The translations under genes were made by a program, and so were the position numbers. Of a stretch of 64,000 nucleotides of DNA, positions 40,027 through 49,682 are shown piece after piece; position 1 is the stretch's first letter; each line of letters begins with the position of its first letter. This stretch comes from Candidatus Jorgensenbacteria bacterium (GTDB taxonomy: Bacteria; Patescibacteriota; Minisyncoccia; UBA6257; GWB1-50-10), in assembly GCA_037444725.1 (NCBI GenBank), contig JBBILW010000001.1:5056-69055 (forward strand), read 5' to 3'. The notes beneath the pieces were generated by a model. The model saw only the letters and a list, made by a program, of their open reading frames with translations. It ran no database searches and was not told where the DNA came from.

Positions 40027-41397
40027 ATGGAAAGTTTTAAGAATCCGTTCGACGCGCGCATTAAAGCAATAGACGACGTTCTTGAGAAACGATTCGGAGA
40101 AGCAAAAACCGCAAGCGATTGGCAAAAGCGCGTAGAGGCGCTTGAAGAAGAGCAGAAAAAAACCAAAGACGCTGGTTATGATTTTTCGTACTACAAATCA
40201 GCAATCGCGCAAGCAAGAAAAAAGAAAGTTGAGACTATGGACGACGGCACACTTGAGGAGCAGCTCAAGAAAATTAAGGAGTTCGAATCGCTTCGTGAAG
40301 AAGAGGATAAAATCCTCCGCGAAAAAATAGAAGCGGAAACCGACGAGAAGAAAAAGGAGGGATTAAAAAAGGACAGAAATAAGGCGCTCGCGTATTATGA
40401 AAAGAAAATAAACGAGATTGAAGAAAAGATAAAACCGAAAAATGAGGAGGAGTTCATCAAAAAAATCTCGGACATAGAAGAGAGGAGGAGTGAAAAACTT
40501 CAACGATTGGGAGTAAACAAAGAAGGGAAGACCATCGCAGATGTTACTTATTTCGATTCACAGCTCGCCACAGCGCAACGCGAGCTCGATAAACTAATCA
40601 CCGCAAAAACCGAGAGGCCCGTTCAGTACGTTTTGGAAGCGGGTCTTAAGAAAATCCGCACGCAAAGGGATATAGAAATCGCCTCTCACGGCACGAGCAG
40701 TTTAAGCGACATCCTTAATGACGCTACAAAAAAATTTACCGTATTTGTTTCCGATTGGCGGAAATTTGATTCGCAAAAACTGAAACAAGCACGGCAATGG
40801 GAGGCGCGGCGAGCATCGCTCGACAAACTTGAACGAGATTTCGGGCCCGCCATAGAAGAAGTCAAAAAAATCCCCGCGTTCGCGTCTGAAGCGCAACAGA
40901 TTGAGGATGAAGTGCGCGCGATTATTAAAGAACAAAAAGAACTTGTGGATGATGAAACAAATAAGACGGATGGCGCGCAAAAATCCAAACCTGAGGCGTC
41001 ACAATCGATAGACGATCTTCTGAAGGTGATGGCGATTGCGCAAGAAGGCGAGCGAGTTAAAAAAGAACGTGAGACGTTGCAGCGGGAAAAGCCGATTCAA
41101 TTCCTTGTAGAAGATTTGATTAACCAGCTTCAGAAACAGCGTGATACTGAAACTCTTATAGATGCGCTGTATCAATTCGAAAGTTCTTGGCAAAAGATTG
41201 ACGAACGCAAGCCGGAAACAGAGGCGGAGTGGGCGCTTCGCCGCGATGCATTGCGGGCACTTAAAATGGAACTCCTCAATGCAAAGAAGAAATTGTCTGA
41301 TATGAAAATCGTTATCGATTATAGCGCAATCGACAACGAGATTGCGGATGCGGACGATTTTTTAGCTGCCGCGGGTAAAAAGGATCAGCAGTCCTAG
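40027..41397 (+). CDS. Lys/Glu-rich coiled-coil hypothetical protein
   Basis: Pervasive EK-rich heptad-like composition and no TM helix. Confidence 0.45.
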   Translation: MESFKNPFDARIKAIDDVLEKRFGEAKTASDWQKRVEALEEEQKKTKDAGYDFSYYKSAIAQARKKKVETMDDGTLEEQLKKIKEFESLREEEDKILREKIEAETDEKKKEGLKKDRNKALAYYEKKINEIEEKIKPKNEEEFIKKISDIEERRSEKLQRLGVNKEGKTIADVTYFDSQLATAQRELDKLITAKTERPVQYVLEAGLKKIRTQRDIEIASHGTSSLSDILNDATKKFTVFVSDWRKFDSQKLKQARQWEARRASLDKLERDFGPAIEEVKKIPAFASEAQQIEDEVRAIIKEQKELVDDETNKTDGAQKSKPEASQSIDDLLKVMAIAQEGERVKKERETLQREKPIQFLVEDLINQLQKQRDTETLIDALYQFESSWQKIDERKPETEAEWALRRDALRALKMELLNAKKKLSDMKIVIDYSAIDNEIADADDFLAAAGKKDQQS

Positions 41398-41439
41398 CCA
41401 ATAGGAGGTACAATTGAAAACGACATCGGTATATAATGT

Positions 41440-42618
41440 TTGTATACGAGAGATATGGATTATTCACTCATCACTGAACAAGCGATTAACAACCGATACA
41501 ATACCGTCCCGGAAGAACTTCGCGATGCGGTGGATTCCGAACAAACGCAAAAGCTGATATCCAACATCAGCAAAACGCAGTATTTGAATGAGGAAAAATC
41601 GCTTATCTTGGAGCAACTCGTTGCACTTGTGCTCCTCGGCTTTATGTCGACAAACGAACTGGTGCACGAGCTTCGCGAACAGCTTTTCTTAAACCATGAG
41701 CACGCCCGCGTACTGGCAAATGAGCTCAACAACAGAATTTTCGAGTCACTTAAAGAAGAGCTCGCTGCCGCATACAATCCTCCCGCGGCTACCATTGAAC
41801 AGGAAGCGCCTCAGCCTCCCTCGGCGGTAAGAGCACCAGCCGAAGAACCTCTTCCTATTACGTCGTTTAAGATCGCTCCGGAAGCGGCGCCTGCGCCGGC
41901 ATCCACGCCCGCGCCCATTTCTCCCGTTTCCATCAACGCAAGCGAAGGCGGGCCCGCAGTTTTGCAGAAACAGACGCCCTTTTTCGAACGGGCGGAATTA
42001 AAACCGACCGGTAAGAAACCGTCGCTTTCATTCAACACGTTCGCATCATCATCCGAGACCACCGAACCGCCTCGCGTTCAGGCAAAAATCGAAACTCCTC
42101 TCGGTGTGCAATGGGCAGCGAAAAAAGAGGAGCCTAAAAAAATGGGGAAGGTGGTGCACTATAGCGAATTCGGCTCATCAGGAGGCGGAGGCCGCCCCGC
42201 ACCCGTTTCGGAGTTTATTAATCTTGAGGCGCTCAAAAAGGTTTCGCTCGACACAAAGCCCGCCCCCGCGGCACCGCAGGTAGCCCCAGCCGCACCTCAA
42301 TCCGCAAGCCCCGCTCCGCAGCAACCTCCGGCAGCTCCTTCTGCGCCGATTCTTAACCCCGACGTGCCGACGCTCATCACGCCGGTCGCAACGATAAAGC
42401 CAGCGCCGATAGAAGAGAAAAAGAGTCCTCTCATGTGGGGTATAAATCCCATTTCTGTAAGCGTTCCAACTGCCACAACAGCTGATTCGGGACCGAAGCG
42501 TATGGATGCAATAGTGCCTAATGCCGGCTCTCCAGCAGCTCAAAAACCAGCTCCCGTACCGATTTCGAGCGATACGAAACAACCCGCACTTGAAGGAAAT
42601 GTTATTCACCTTCGCTAA
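41440..42618 (+). CDS. hypothetical protein with a Pro/Ala-rich central region
   Basis: The track start is a TTG. An ATG at 41455 is an alternative start. Confidence 0.4.
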   Translation: MYTRDMDYSLITEQAINNRYNTVPEELRDAVDSEQTQKLISNISKTQYLNEEKSLILEQLVALVLLGFMSTNELVHELREQLFLNHEHARVLANELNNRIFESLKEELAAAYNPPAATIEQEAPQPPSAVRAPAEEPLPITSFKIAPEAAPAPASTPAPISPVSINASEGGPAVLQKQTPFFERAELKPTGKKPSLSFNTFASSSETTEPPRVQAKIETPLGVQWAAKKEEPKKMGKVVHYSEFGSSGGGGRPAPVSEFINLEALKKVSLDTKPAPAAPQVAPAAPQSASPAPQQPPAAPSAPILNPDVPTLITPVATIKPAPIEEKKSPLMWGINPISVSVPTATTADSGPKRMDAIVPNAGSPAAQKPAPVPISSDTKQPALEGNVIHLR

Positions 42619-43115
42619 TGGCACAATTTCAGATACCACAATTTATTGAAGAGGAGGCAAAAATTGTCGGCCCTCTTACCATTAAACAATTCGGCTATCT
42701 CGCAGTCGCGGGGGGCCTTTCGTTTGGGCTCTTCTATTTATTTACGTTCTTTCTCTGGCTTATAGTGTCCGCCATTCTTATCGGCGCGGCGGCCGCCCTT
42801 GCATTCGTGAAGATTAACGGACAAGGTCTTCCTGAAATTCTTCTCGCGGGCTTTTCATTTTTATGGAAACCGCGCCGTTATGTTTGGCAGCGGGCAATGC
42901 AGCAGACCACGCTCGACATTTCCGATCTTGAAAAAATACAAACGATACGCAAAAGCATCAGTATTTCGGACAAGCTTAAGAACATCGCTGTAGGAGTGAC
43001 TACGGGAAAGATATTCCGCGGCGAGGGCGAAACACCAAGTCAGCCCAAAGAGCGTTATCAGGTTGTTTCTTACCTTACCGGGGAGCAGAAGGTAGCAAAG
43101 CGCATCGATTACTAG
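42618..43115 (+). CDS. PrgI/VirB3-like small T4SS membrane protein
   Basis: N-terminal IPQFIEEEAKIVGPLTIKQFGYL followed by two TM helices. It sits immediately upstream of the VirB4 ATPase, as in Gram-positive T4SS operons. Confidence 0.5.
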   Translation: MAQFQIPQFIEEEAKIVGPLTIKQFGYLAVAGGLSFGLFYLFTFFLWLIVSAILIGAAAALAFVKINGQGLPEILLAGFSFLWKPRRYVWQRAMQQTTLDISDLEKIQTIRKSISISDKLKNIAVGVTTGKIFRGEGETPSQPKERYQVVSYLTGEQKVAKRIDY

Positions 43116-43151
43116 CGCATAAACCGTTGAAATACGGTACAATATACGTAT

Positions 43152-43802
43152 ATGGCAGAAGTCAGCCTTCCTACACAACAATTCGTTGATATAAAAGAGG
43201 TGCGCAATGGCGTCGTCTACCTGAAACAGGGAGGCATGCGCAAGATTCTTATCGTGAGCGGCGTTAACTTCGACCTCAAATCCGAGGCTGAGCAGACCGC
43301 CATTCTCGGCACGTTCCAAAACTTCATCAATACCATCGATTTTCCTGTTCAATTTTTCATTCACTCGCGCAAAGTAAACATCGAGACCTATCTTGAGAAG
43401 ATGAGCGAGCGACAATCAAAGGAAGAAAACGAGCTCTTAAAAATACAGATTGGAGAATATATTGAATTTATCCGCTCATTTGTCGAACAGAACGCTATTA
43501 TCAATAAAACTTTTTTTGCAATTGTCCCTTACGACGGCGGAACGGTAGTGGCGGGCGGGGGAGTCGACAATATTCTTAATATGTTCAACAAGCCCCAGTC
43601 TGCCGACGTGCAAAAACAGCAATCGGAACATGCCGCACTCGAACAACTTGAGTTGCGCGTTACCGAAATTTCAAACGGAATTGAACAAATCGGCCTCCGT
43701 GTAACTCCTTTGAGCGACGCCGAGATAGTCGAGCTTTTCTATAACCTTTACAATCCGCAGCTTCAGGAAAAGAAGGGTCTTGAGATTACCAAGCAACAAT
43801 GA
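43152..43802 (+). CDS. VirB4/TrbE-family conjugative ATPase, N-terminal domain ORF
   Basis: ILIVSGVNFDLKSEAEQTAILGTFQNFINTIDFPVQFFIHSRKVNIETYLEKM resembles VirB4 N-terminal domains. The ORF ends in ATGA, overlapping the start of the next ORF. Confidence 0.6.
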   Translation: MAEVSLPTQQFVDIKEVRNGVVYLKQGGMRKILIVSGVNFDLKSEAEQTAILGTFQNFINTIDFPVQFFIHSRKVNIETYLEKMSERQSKEENELLKIQIGEYIEFIRSFVEQNAIINKTFFAIVPYDGGTVVAGGGVDNILNMFNKPQSADVQKQQSEHAALEQLELRVTEISNGIEQIGLRVTPLSDAEIVELFYNLYNPQLQEKKGLEITKQQ

Positions 43803-45550
43803 AAATAAAAATCCCGCAACTCTATAAGCCGTCGCCTCAAGATCTCCCGAACATTATTGCGCCGTCGGGACTTGAGATTAATGCGAACTACATTAAAATC
43901 GGCGATTATTACGCGAAAACGCTTTTTATTTTCACCTATCCTCGTTTTGTGATGACGGGATGGTTTTCGCCCATTATCAATATGGCGGAAATGATGGATG
44001 TTTCCATCTTCATGCATCCCATGGACACCTCGCTCGCGCTTCAAAATCTCCGTAAAAAAGTTGCGCAGGTAGAATCGGAGCTTAATGAAAAACAGGCGAA
44101 AGGAATGGTGCGCGACCCCATGCTTGAGACCGCATACCAAGACATAGAAACGCTGCGCGACGCGCTTCTTCAGGCACGCGAGAAGCTTTTTAAAGTCGGT
44201 GTATATATTACTGTGTACGCACAAACACTTGAGGCGCTCACCAAAATCGAGGGCCAGGTTTCAAATGTTTTGGAAGGGAAGCTTGTGTATATAAAACCGT
44301 CTCTTTTCAAACAACTCGAGGGGTTTGACTCCACACTTCCTCTTGGCGAAGACAAGCTGCAGATTCACACGCCGCTCAACTCCGGCTCCGCTTCGTCGCT
44401 CTTCCCGTTTGTATCACCTGATTTGAGCTCTGAAAAGGGAATTCTCTTCGGCATCAATATGAGCAATAACAGCCTCATTATTTTTGACCGTTTCTCGCTT
44501 GAAAACGCGAACCAGGTTATTTTCGCAAAGTCTGGCGCCGGTAAATCATATACCACCAAACTCCAGATTATCCGCTCACTCATGACGGGCACCAATGTCA
44601 TTGTTATCGACCCCGAAAACGAGTACCAAAACCTTGCCAATGCGGTCGGCGGAAGTTATTTCAAGATTTCACTTACCTCACCGAGCCACATTAATCCGTT
44701 CGACATCCCCATCATTCCGGAAGGGGAGGAGCCCGGAGACGTCTTCAAATCGCACGTGTTGAACCTCACGGGTCTTTTGAAACTCATGCTCGGCACTATT
44801 ACGCCCGAGGAAGACGCGATGCTCGATAAAGTTATCACCGACACGTACGCCTCACGTGACATTACGGCTGAGAATTTCGGTGTCACGAAAGAAATCAACC
44901 CGCCGCTCCTCGAAGACCTTCAGATTATTTTGCAAAACACCGAGGGCGGCCGCGCTCTTGCTCAGCGTCTTGAAAAATTCACTCACGGTTCGTATGCCGG
45001 CTTCACCAATGCGCCGACGAACGTTGATATCAAGAACCGCCTTATCGTGTTCTCAATCCGCGACCTGGAGGAAGAATTGCGCCCCATCGCGATGTACATC
45101 GTGTTGAACTTCGTGTGGAACCTCGTACGCTCCGAGCTCAAACAGCGCCTTCTCTTTGTCGACGAGGCGTGGATTATGATGAAGTTTAAAGACAGCGCCT
45201 CCTTCCTCTTCGGCCTTGTAAAACGCGCGCGCAAATACTTCCTCGGCATAACGACCATCACCCAGGACGTGGAAGATTTCTTGAAGTCGGAATACGGACG
45301 ACCGATTGTCACGAACTCTGCAATGCAGATTCTCATGAAACAGTCGCCGAGTTCTATTGAGGCAGTTGCGAAAACATTCGATCTCACCGATGGCGAACGC
45401 GTGCTTCTTCTGGAAGCCGGGGTGGGCGAGGGGTTGTTCTTTGCGGGTGCAAAGCACGTAGCTATTAAAATAATCGCGTCATACACGGAAGATCAGATTA
45501 TTACTACAAACCCCGAGCAAATGCTGGAGACTAAAGGATTGCAAAAATAA
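43799..45550 (+). CDS. VirB4/TrbE/CagE-family conjugative ATPase, C-terminal ATPase ORF
   Basis: Walker A (FAKSGAGKSYTTK), Walker B (LLFVDEAWIM) and a YAKTLFI...YPR region. Confidence 0.8.
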   Translation: MKIKIPQLYKPSPQDLPNIIAPSGLEINANYIKIGDYYAKTLFIFTYPRFVMTGWFSPIINMAEMMDVSIFMHPMDTSLALQNLRKKVAQVESELNEKQAKGMVRDPMLETAYQDIETLRDALLQAREKLFKVGVYITVYAQTLEALTKIEGQVSNVLEGKLVYIKPSLFKQLEGFDSTLPLGEDKLQIHTPLNSGSASSLFPFVSPDLSSEKGILFGINMSNNSLIIFDRFSLENANQVIFAKSGAGKSYTTKLQIIRSLMTGTNVIVIDPENEYQNLANAVGGSYFKISLTSPSHINPFDIPIIPEGEEPGDVFKSHVLNLTGLLKLMLGTITPEEDAMLDKVITDTYASRDITAENFGVTKEINPPLLEDLQIILQNTEGGRALAQRLEKFTHGSYAGFTNAPTNVDIKNRLIVFSIRDLEEELRPIAMYIVLNFVWNLVRSELKQRLLFVDEAWIMMKFKDSASFLFGLVKRARKYFLGITTITQDVEDFLKSEYGRPIVTNSAMQILMKQSPSSIEAVAKTFDLTDGERVLLLEAGVGEGLFFAGAKHVAIKIIASYTEDQIITTNPEQMLETKGLQK

Positions 45551-45554
45551 TGCC

Positions 45555-45905
45555 ATGGAAGACGAGAAGCCATTTTCTCTTGTTGAAATAATCTTCGGCA
45601 CTCTTATTGCGCTTATCATCGACGTTGTGGCCGCGATTGCGAGCGCGTTCAGTCTCGGTATTCTCGGTTTTTTTGTCCACGCGGGAACATGGCTCGTCTT
45701 CACGCTCTGGTTTACAATTAAAGGGTTGGGCGTGACCGCTTCGCTCGCGAGAAGATATTTTCTTCCCATGGCAATTCAGGCAATTCCTTTTCTCCCCACA
45801 ACAACCGTAACATTCCTCATGGTCACGTATATGGAAAATAATCCCGATAAATTCGCTGCAGTTACGTCAGTGGCACGCGTAGCGGGTACTGTTGCAAAGC
45901 TATAA
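45555..45905 (+). CDS. small multi-TM membrane protein
   Basis: About three hydrophobic helices. Position within the cluster. Confidence 0.4.
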   Translation: MEDEKPFSLVEIIFGTLIALIIDVVAAIASAFSLGILGFFVHAGTWLVFTLWFTIKGLGVTASLARRYFLPMAIQAIPFLPTTTVTFLMVTYMENNPDKFAAVTSVARVAGTVAKL

Positions 45906-45907
45906 CC

Positions 45908-46585
45908 ATGCGCCAACTCACCACAATTCTTGCGTTCGCCTTCGTGCTTTTTATCGCGCTACACTCTTTCGCGTACGCAGCAGGGGCGCCGGCGCTCATC
46001 ATCACGTGGAAAGCCGATAATTATTACCCCATTAACTTCGAGGGCAGGGCGCTTCCTTCGCCGACAACGCCCGTAACCGTTTCTGTAGAGGGCGCTGTTG
46101 ATGGAAAACTTATCGATCTCTCAAAGGCGGACATTTCCTGGTACAAAGACGGTGACAGGTTTGATGTAGGCTCCGGACTTAAAGAAACTTCATTTAATGC
46201 CGAGGACACGGATGCGGGCTCGCACTTTATCCGCGTAGTTGCGGTTATTAATGGAGTTTCCGCGGAGCAAACGATTCGCATACCCGTCGTAAGCCCCGTC
46301 GCAGTGCTCGAGGTGCCATATCCGAATAAAGTCGTTCCTGCGGGAACTGTGGCGAATCTCGTAAGCGTGCCTTACTTTTTTAATGCGTCATCGATAACCG
46401 ACTTCATCTTCAGCTGGCAGATTGCCGACCTCAAACAAAACACCGGAAGCGATAACGTACTCGCGATAAATGTCGGCACGCCTTATACTGATGACCAACG
46501 GACAGTGACGGTTAACTCGTACATTCAAAATCGCAATAATCCGTTTGAAATCGTGAAGCTTCTCACCGATATTTTTGTGAAATAA
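45908..46585 (+). CDS. secreted hypothetical protein
   Basis: Signal peptide with a beta-rich composition. Confidence 0.4.
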   Translation: MRQLTTILAFAFVLFIALHSFAYAAGAPALIITWKADNYYPINFEGRALPSPTTPVTVSVEGAVDGKLIDLSKADISWYKDGDRFDVGSGLKETSFNAEDTDAGSHFIRVVAVINGVSAEQTIRIPVVSPVAVLEVPYPNKVVPAGTVANLVSVPYFFNASSITDFIFSWQIADLKQNTGSDNVLAINVGTPYTDDQRTVTVNSYIQNRNNPFEIVKLLTDIFVK

Positions 46586-46594
46586 TCCATCTCA

Positions 46595-47800
46595 ATGACC
46601 AGACGACAAATTACCATCCTCCTCATACTTTTCCTCATGGTCGTGGGTGTTATCGTGTACGCAATTTTCTTCCGTGGAACAACGACTCCCGCGGAACAAG
46701 CAGCGCCCTCCGAGCAGCAAACCACAGGAGAGCCGCAAGGCGTGACGGGCACCACAGGAACAACTCCTTCTGGCGCCACACCTGAGGCGACAACAACCAC
46801 CACGACCGAATTTCCTCCGGCGGCCACCGCGGGAGATACGTATGTGCTCAAAAAACTTTCCGACGGTCCTGTTGTAGGCTATTGGGCGGCAAAAAATTCA
46901 AATGACGTCTATTATCTCACCAACGACGGATATGTGATGTCGGCAAAAGAGGGGCCTGATGTAGATCTCTTAAAACAGGAAGTGAAGGGGGTAATCAAGC
47001 TTGAGGGATCTCCCTCAGGAAACAAGGCGCTTGTCGCATTCGGAAATGCAGCCTCCCCGCAATGGGCCGTGTTCGACACACAAGACAAGGCATGGAGACC
47101 GCTTCCCTCAACTATTATTGATGCAACATGGGGCATAAGCGATGACGGCATTGTGGCAACCACGAAGTCTATGGGGAATAACATTGCGCTCACCTATATC
47201 ACTATCTCCAAAACGCCGTTTGATATTAAAACTATCGTGAAGGATTTTCGCTTCAACAGCGTAACTCTCGCCATAAAATCTATTGACGAGCTTTACATAA
47301 TGGAACGCCCGTCCGCATTGGCGCTATCGCATGTCTGGCTTTTCAATCTTAAGTCGAACGCCCTCACGCAGGTGCTTAATCCGGCAAACGGCCTCACGCT
47401 TGTTCCGGGAAGCAATAAAGATATTTTCTTCCGTTTTAGCTCGCCGAATAATTTTGCGATACTCAACCGCTCGCTTGGCATGACGCAGCCATTTCCTTAT
47501 GTCACATTACCTCAAAAGTGCGACGGGGTAAGCACGGCCGTTTACTGCTTTGTTCCTAAAAATACTTCTATTTTTTCGGCCAGCAATTCAATGCCCGATG
47601 ATTATCTTATGAAAAAAACGTACACGAGCGATGATTTTTACCGCCTTGACCTCACGACAGGAGGGGATAGGCTTATAGTAACGGGCGACTCAGCAAACGC
47701 TCCTGCACTTGATGCGCAAAATGTGCGGACGAGGGGCACATCAACGTATTTCGTTAACCGTTACGATAACTATGTCTATGCGATCCAGAAGGCACAATAA
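46595..47800 (+). CDS. membrane-anchored secreted hypothetical protein with a Thr-rich linker
   Basis: N-terminal TM helix and a TGTTGTTPSGATPEATTTTTT linker. Confidence 0.4.
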   Translation: MTRRQITILLILFLMVVGVIVYAIFFRGTTTPAEQAAPSEQQTTGEPQGVTGTTGTTPSGATPEATTTTTTEFPPAATAGDTYVLKKLSDGPVVGYWAAKNSNDVYYLTNDGYVMSAKEGPDVDLLKQEVKGVIKLEGSPSGNKALVAFGNAASPQWAVFDTQDKAWRPLPSTIIDATWGISDDGIVATTKSMGNNIALTYITISKTPFDIKTIVKDFRFNSVTLAIKSIDELYIMERPSALALSHVWLFNLKSNALTQVLNPANGLTLVPGSNKDIFFRFSSPNNFAILNRSLGMTQPFPYVTLPQKCDGVSTAVYCFVPKNTSIFSASNSMPDDYLMKKTYTSDDFYRLDLTTGGDRLIVTGDSANAPALDAQNVRTRGTSTYFVNRYDNYVYAIQKAQ

Positions 47801-47801
47801 T

Positions 47802-49196
47802 ATGAATAAAAAAACGCTGTTTGCTCTCGTGGTTGTCAGCCTCATCATCGTGCCTTCTATTATTCTCGCGGCTAGCGCTCCCGCGCCCCTGCGCTTCTCG
47901 CCACCTTACATAAGCGGCGTACCGGGGTTTGCCGGCACTTCACAGGCGCCCATCATGTCGGGTGGAGCAACCTCGATTCAGGATTATCTTATTCGCATTT
48001 ATCAGTTTGCTATCGGTATCTCAGGCGTAACCGCGGTCGGCATGATTGTGTGGGGCGCTATCAATATGTCGATTTATACAGGACGTATCGACCGATACGA
48101 GGAAGGTAAAACAATAATTTACCAGGCACTTTTTGGTCTTGCGCTTCTCTTTGGTTCATACCTCTTACTCAACACCATCAACCCGCAAATCACCACACTC
48201 ACCGAACCAACCGGAGGCGGAAAACAACTCGATGCAGTTACCACAACCACAGTAGCAAACCCAGGATCGAGCGCGTCGGGCTCATCGATATGCGGCGGCG
48301 GGCAACTTGCGAGCATACCGCAACTTCCCAACCTTTCATCCGCCACGCCGAGCGCAACTGGCTGCGAATATAGGCGCCTCCAACTCACGCAAGACCTCAC
48401 ATACTCCGCAAAGGGTATGTATAACCAAGACCTTAACTTGAAAAAAGGTGCCATTATATGGCTCTGGCCGTATTATGTTGGAGACACAGCATCAGCACGT
48501 TGTACTATCTACGCCTATAAAGACGCTCCCATTGAAGTGCCTAATTACGCTCCAGATGGCTCCGTTCAAGGACCTCCGACTCTTTCTTATCCCGCGACCC
48601 AACAAGTGTCGCTCAAGCTTGATGGTATGAGTAAATGCGGAAACGACCCCGCGACCCAGCAACCAGGCGCAACCTGCACCGATTGCGCAGCAACCGGAGG
48701 TTCGGTTGATGTAAGCGGTATTAACACAAGCAATCTTGATGGCAACGGATCATGCTCGCCATCAATAAACACCTCACCCGCGGGCATTATTTCCGATATA
48801 AAAAATGGCAATCTTCCCTACATTTGTTACCCGGGCTGCAACTCGACAACTGCGCCTTGCACGAGAAGCGGAGCAACACTTTCCGCAAATACCGTAAACA
48901 CGATTATCAATCTCCAAAATTCCGGAATGTCCTTTACAGTAACAAGTCTCACGGGCGGTTCACACAGCGCGGTAGGTGATGTGCACTATCAAGGAAAGGC
49001 ACTTGATGTGGTGTTTCAGCCGCAAGATGCCACCACGTGGAATAAGGCATTGAAATTACTACAAGGCATGAGCACTGTTTCACAGGCGGCATGTGAATTC
49101 ATTGGAGGTAGTCCGCCCAACTTTGATCAGAGTTCGTGTAATGGCTTATTCGCATCAGGCACCACAAATCGGCACATCCACGTCACCACGAAATAA
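47802..49196 (+). CDS. pilin-fold (VirB2-like) N-terminal domain fused to an extracellular domain of about 320 aa that contains many Cys
   Basis: Signal peptide followed by two hydrophobic helices (IQDYLIRIYQFAIGISGVTAVGMIVWGAI...ALFGLALLFGSYLLLNTINP), then a long C-terminal domain with many Cys. Start trimmed to MNKKT. Confidence 0.45.
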   Translation: MNKKTLFALVVVSLIIVPSIILAASAPAPLRFSPPYISGVPGFAGTSQAPIMSGGATSIQDYLIRIYQFAIGISGVTAVGMIVWGAINMSIYTGRIDRYEEGKTIIYQALFGLALLFGSYLLLNTINPQITTLTEPTGGGKQLDAVTTTTVANPGSSASGSSICGGGQLASIPQLPNLSSATPSATGCEYRRLQLTQDLTYSAKGMYNQDLNLKKGAIIWLWPYYVGDTASARCTIYAYKDAPIEVPNYAPDGSVQGPPTLSYPATQQVSLKLDGMSKCGNDPATQQPGATCTDCAATGGSVDVSGINTSNLDGNGSCSPSINTSPAGIISDIKNGNLPYICYPGCNSTTAPCTRSGATLSANTVNTIINLQNSGMSFTVTSLTGGSHSAVGDVHYQGKALDVVFQPQDATTWNKALKLLQGMSTVSQAACEFIGGSPPNFDQSSCNGLFASGTTNRHIHVTTK

Positions 49197-49226
49197 AAAA
49201 CACCCCTTGCGGGGTGTTTTTTTAAT
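49194..49226. terminator. bidirectional rho-independent terminator ending the envelope cluster and the jag gene
   Basis: acacccc-ttgc-ggggtgt flanked by an A-run and a T-run. Confidence 0.6.
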
Positions 49227-49664
49227 TTATGAAACGAATTTGATAACGACGTGACGGTCTTTTCCGGCTCCCGCGCTCTCGGTCTTGAGCTCCGGGTGCG
49301 TGGTGAGCTCCATGTGCACCAAGCGGCGCTCATAGCCGTTCATTGCCGGCAACGCCACTTCCTGCTTCGTAACCGAGGCTTTCTTTGCGGCGGCCTTCGC
49401 GAGCTCGGTAATAAGCCTCTCGCGCTCCTTGCGGTAATAGTTCAAATCCACCACGTGGGGGATAAGACCTTCTTTTTTGAGCATTAAGTTCACAATATGG
49501 TCGAGTGCGGGGAGAATGTTGATGACATTGTCCGAGACAAACCGGTCGTCGATGAGAATAATCACCTTCCTTCGTTCCTCGTCGAGCGCAACCTCCGCCT
49601 CGGGGAAGCCCATAAGGGTTATAAGCTGTTTTGTCTTCTCTACGATTGGATTTGCGGGGTTCAT
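49227..49664 (-). CDS. jag: Jag/KhpB-like R3H-domain RNA-binding protein
   Basis: C-terminal R3H domain (NGYERRLVHMELT). Conserved position downstream of yidC. Confidence 0.75.
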   Translation of the reverse strand: MNPANPIVEKTKQLITLMGFPEAEVALDEERRKVIILIDDRFVSDNVINILPALDHIVNLMLKKEGLIPHVVDLNYYRKERERLITELAKAAAKKASVTKQEVALPAMNGYERRLVHMELTTHPELKTESAGAGKDRHVVIKFVS

Positions 49665-49682
49665 AGTTCAACGAACAGTATA

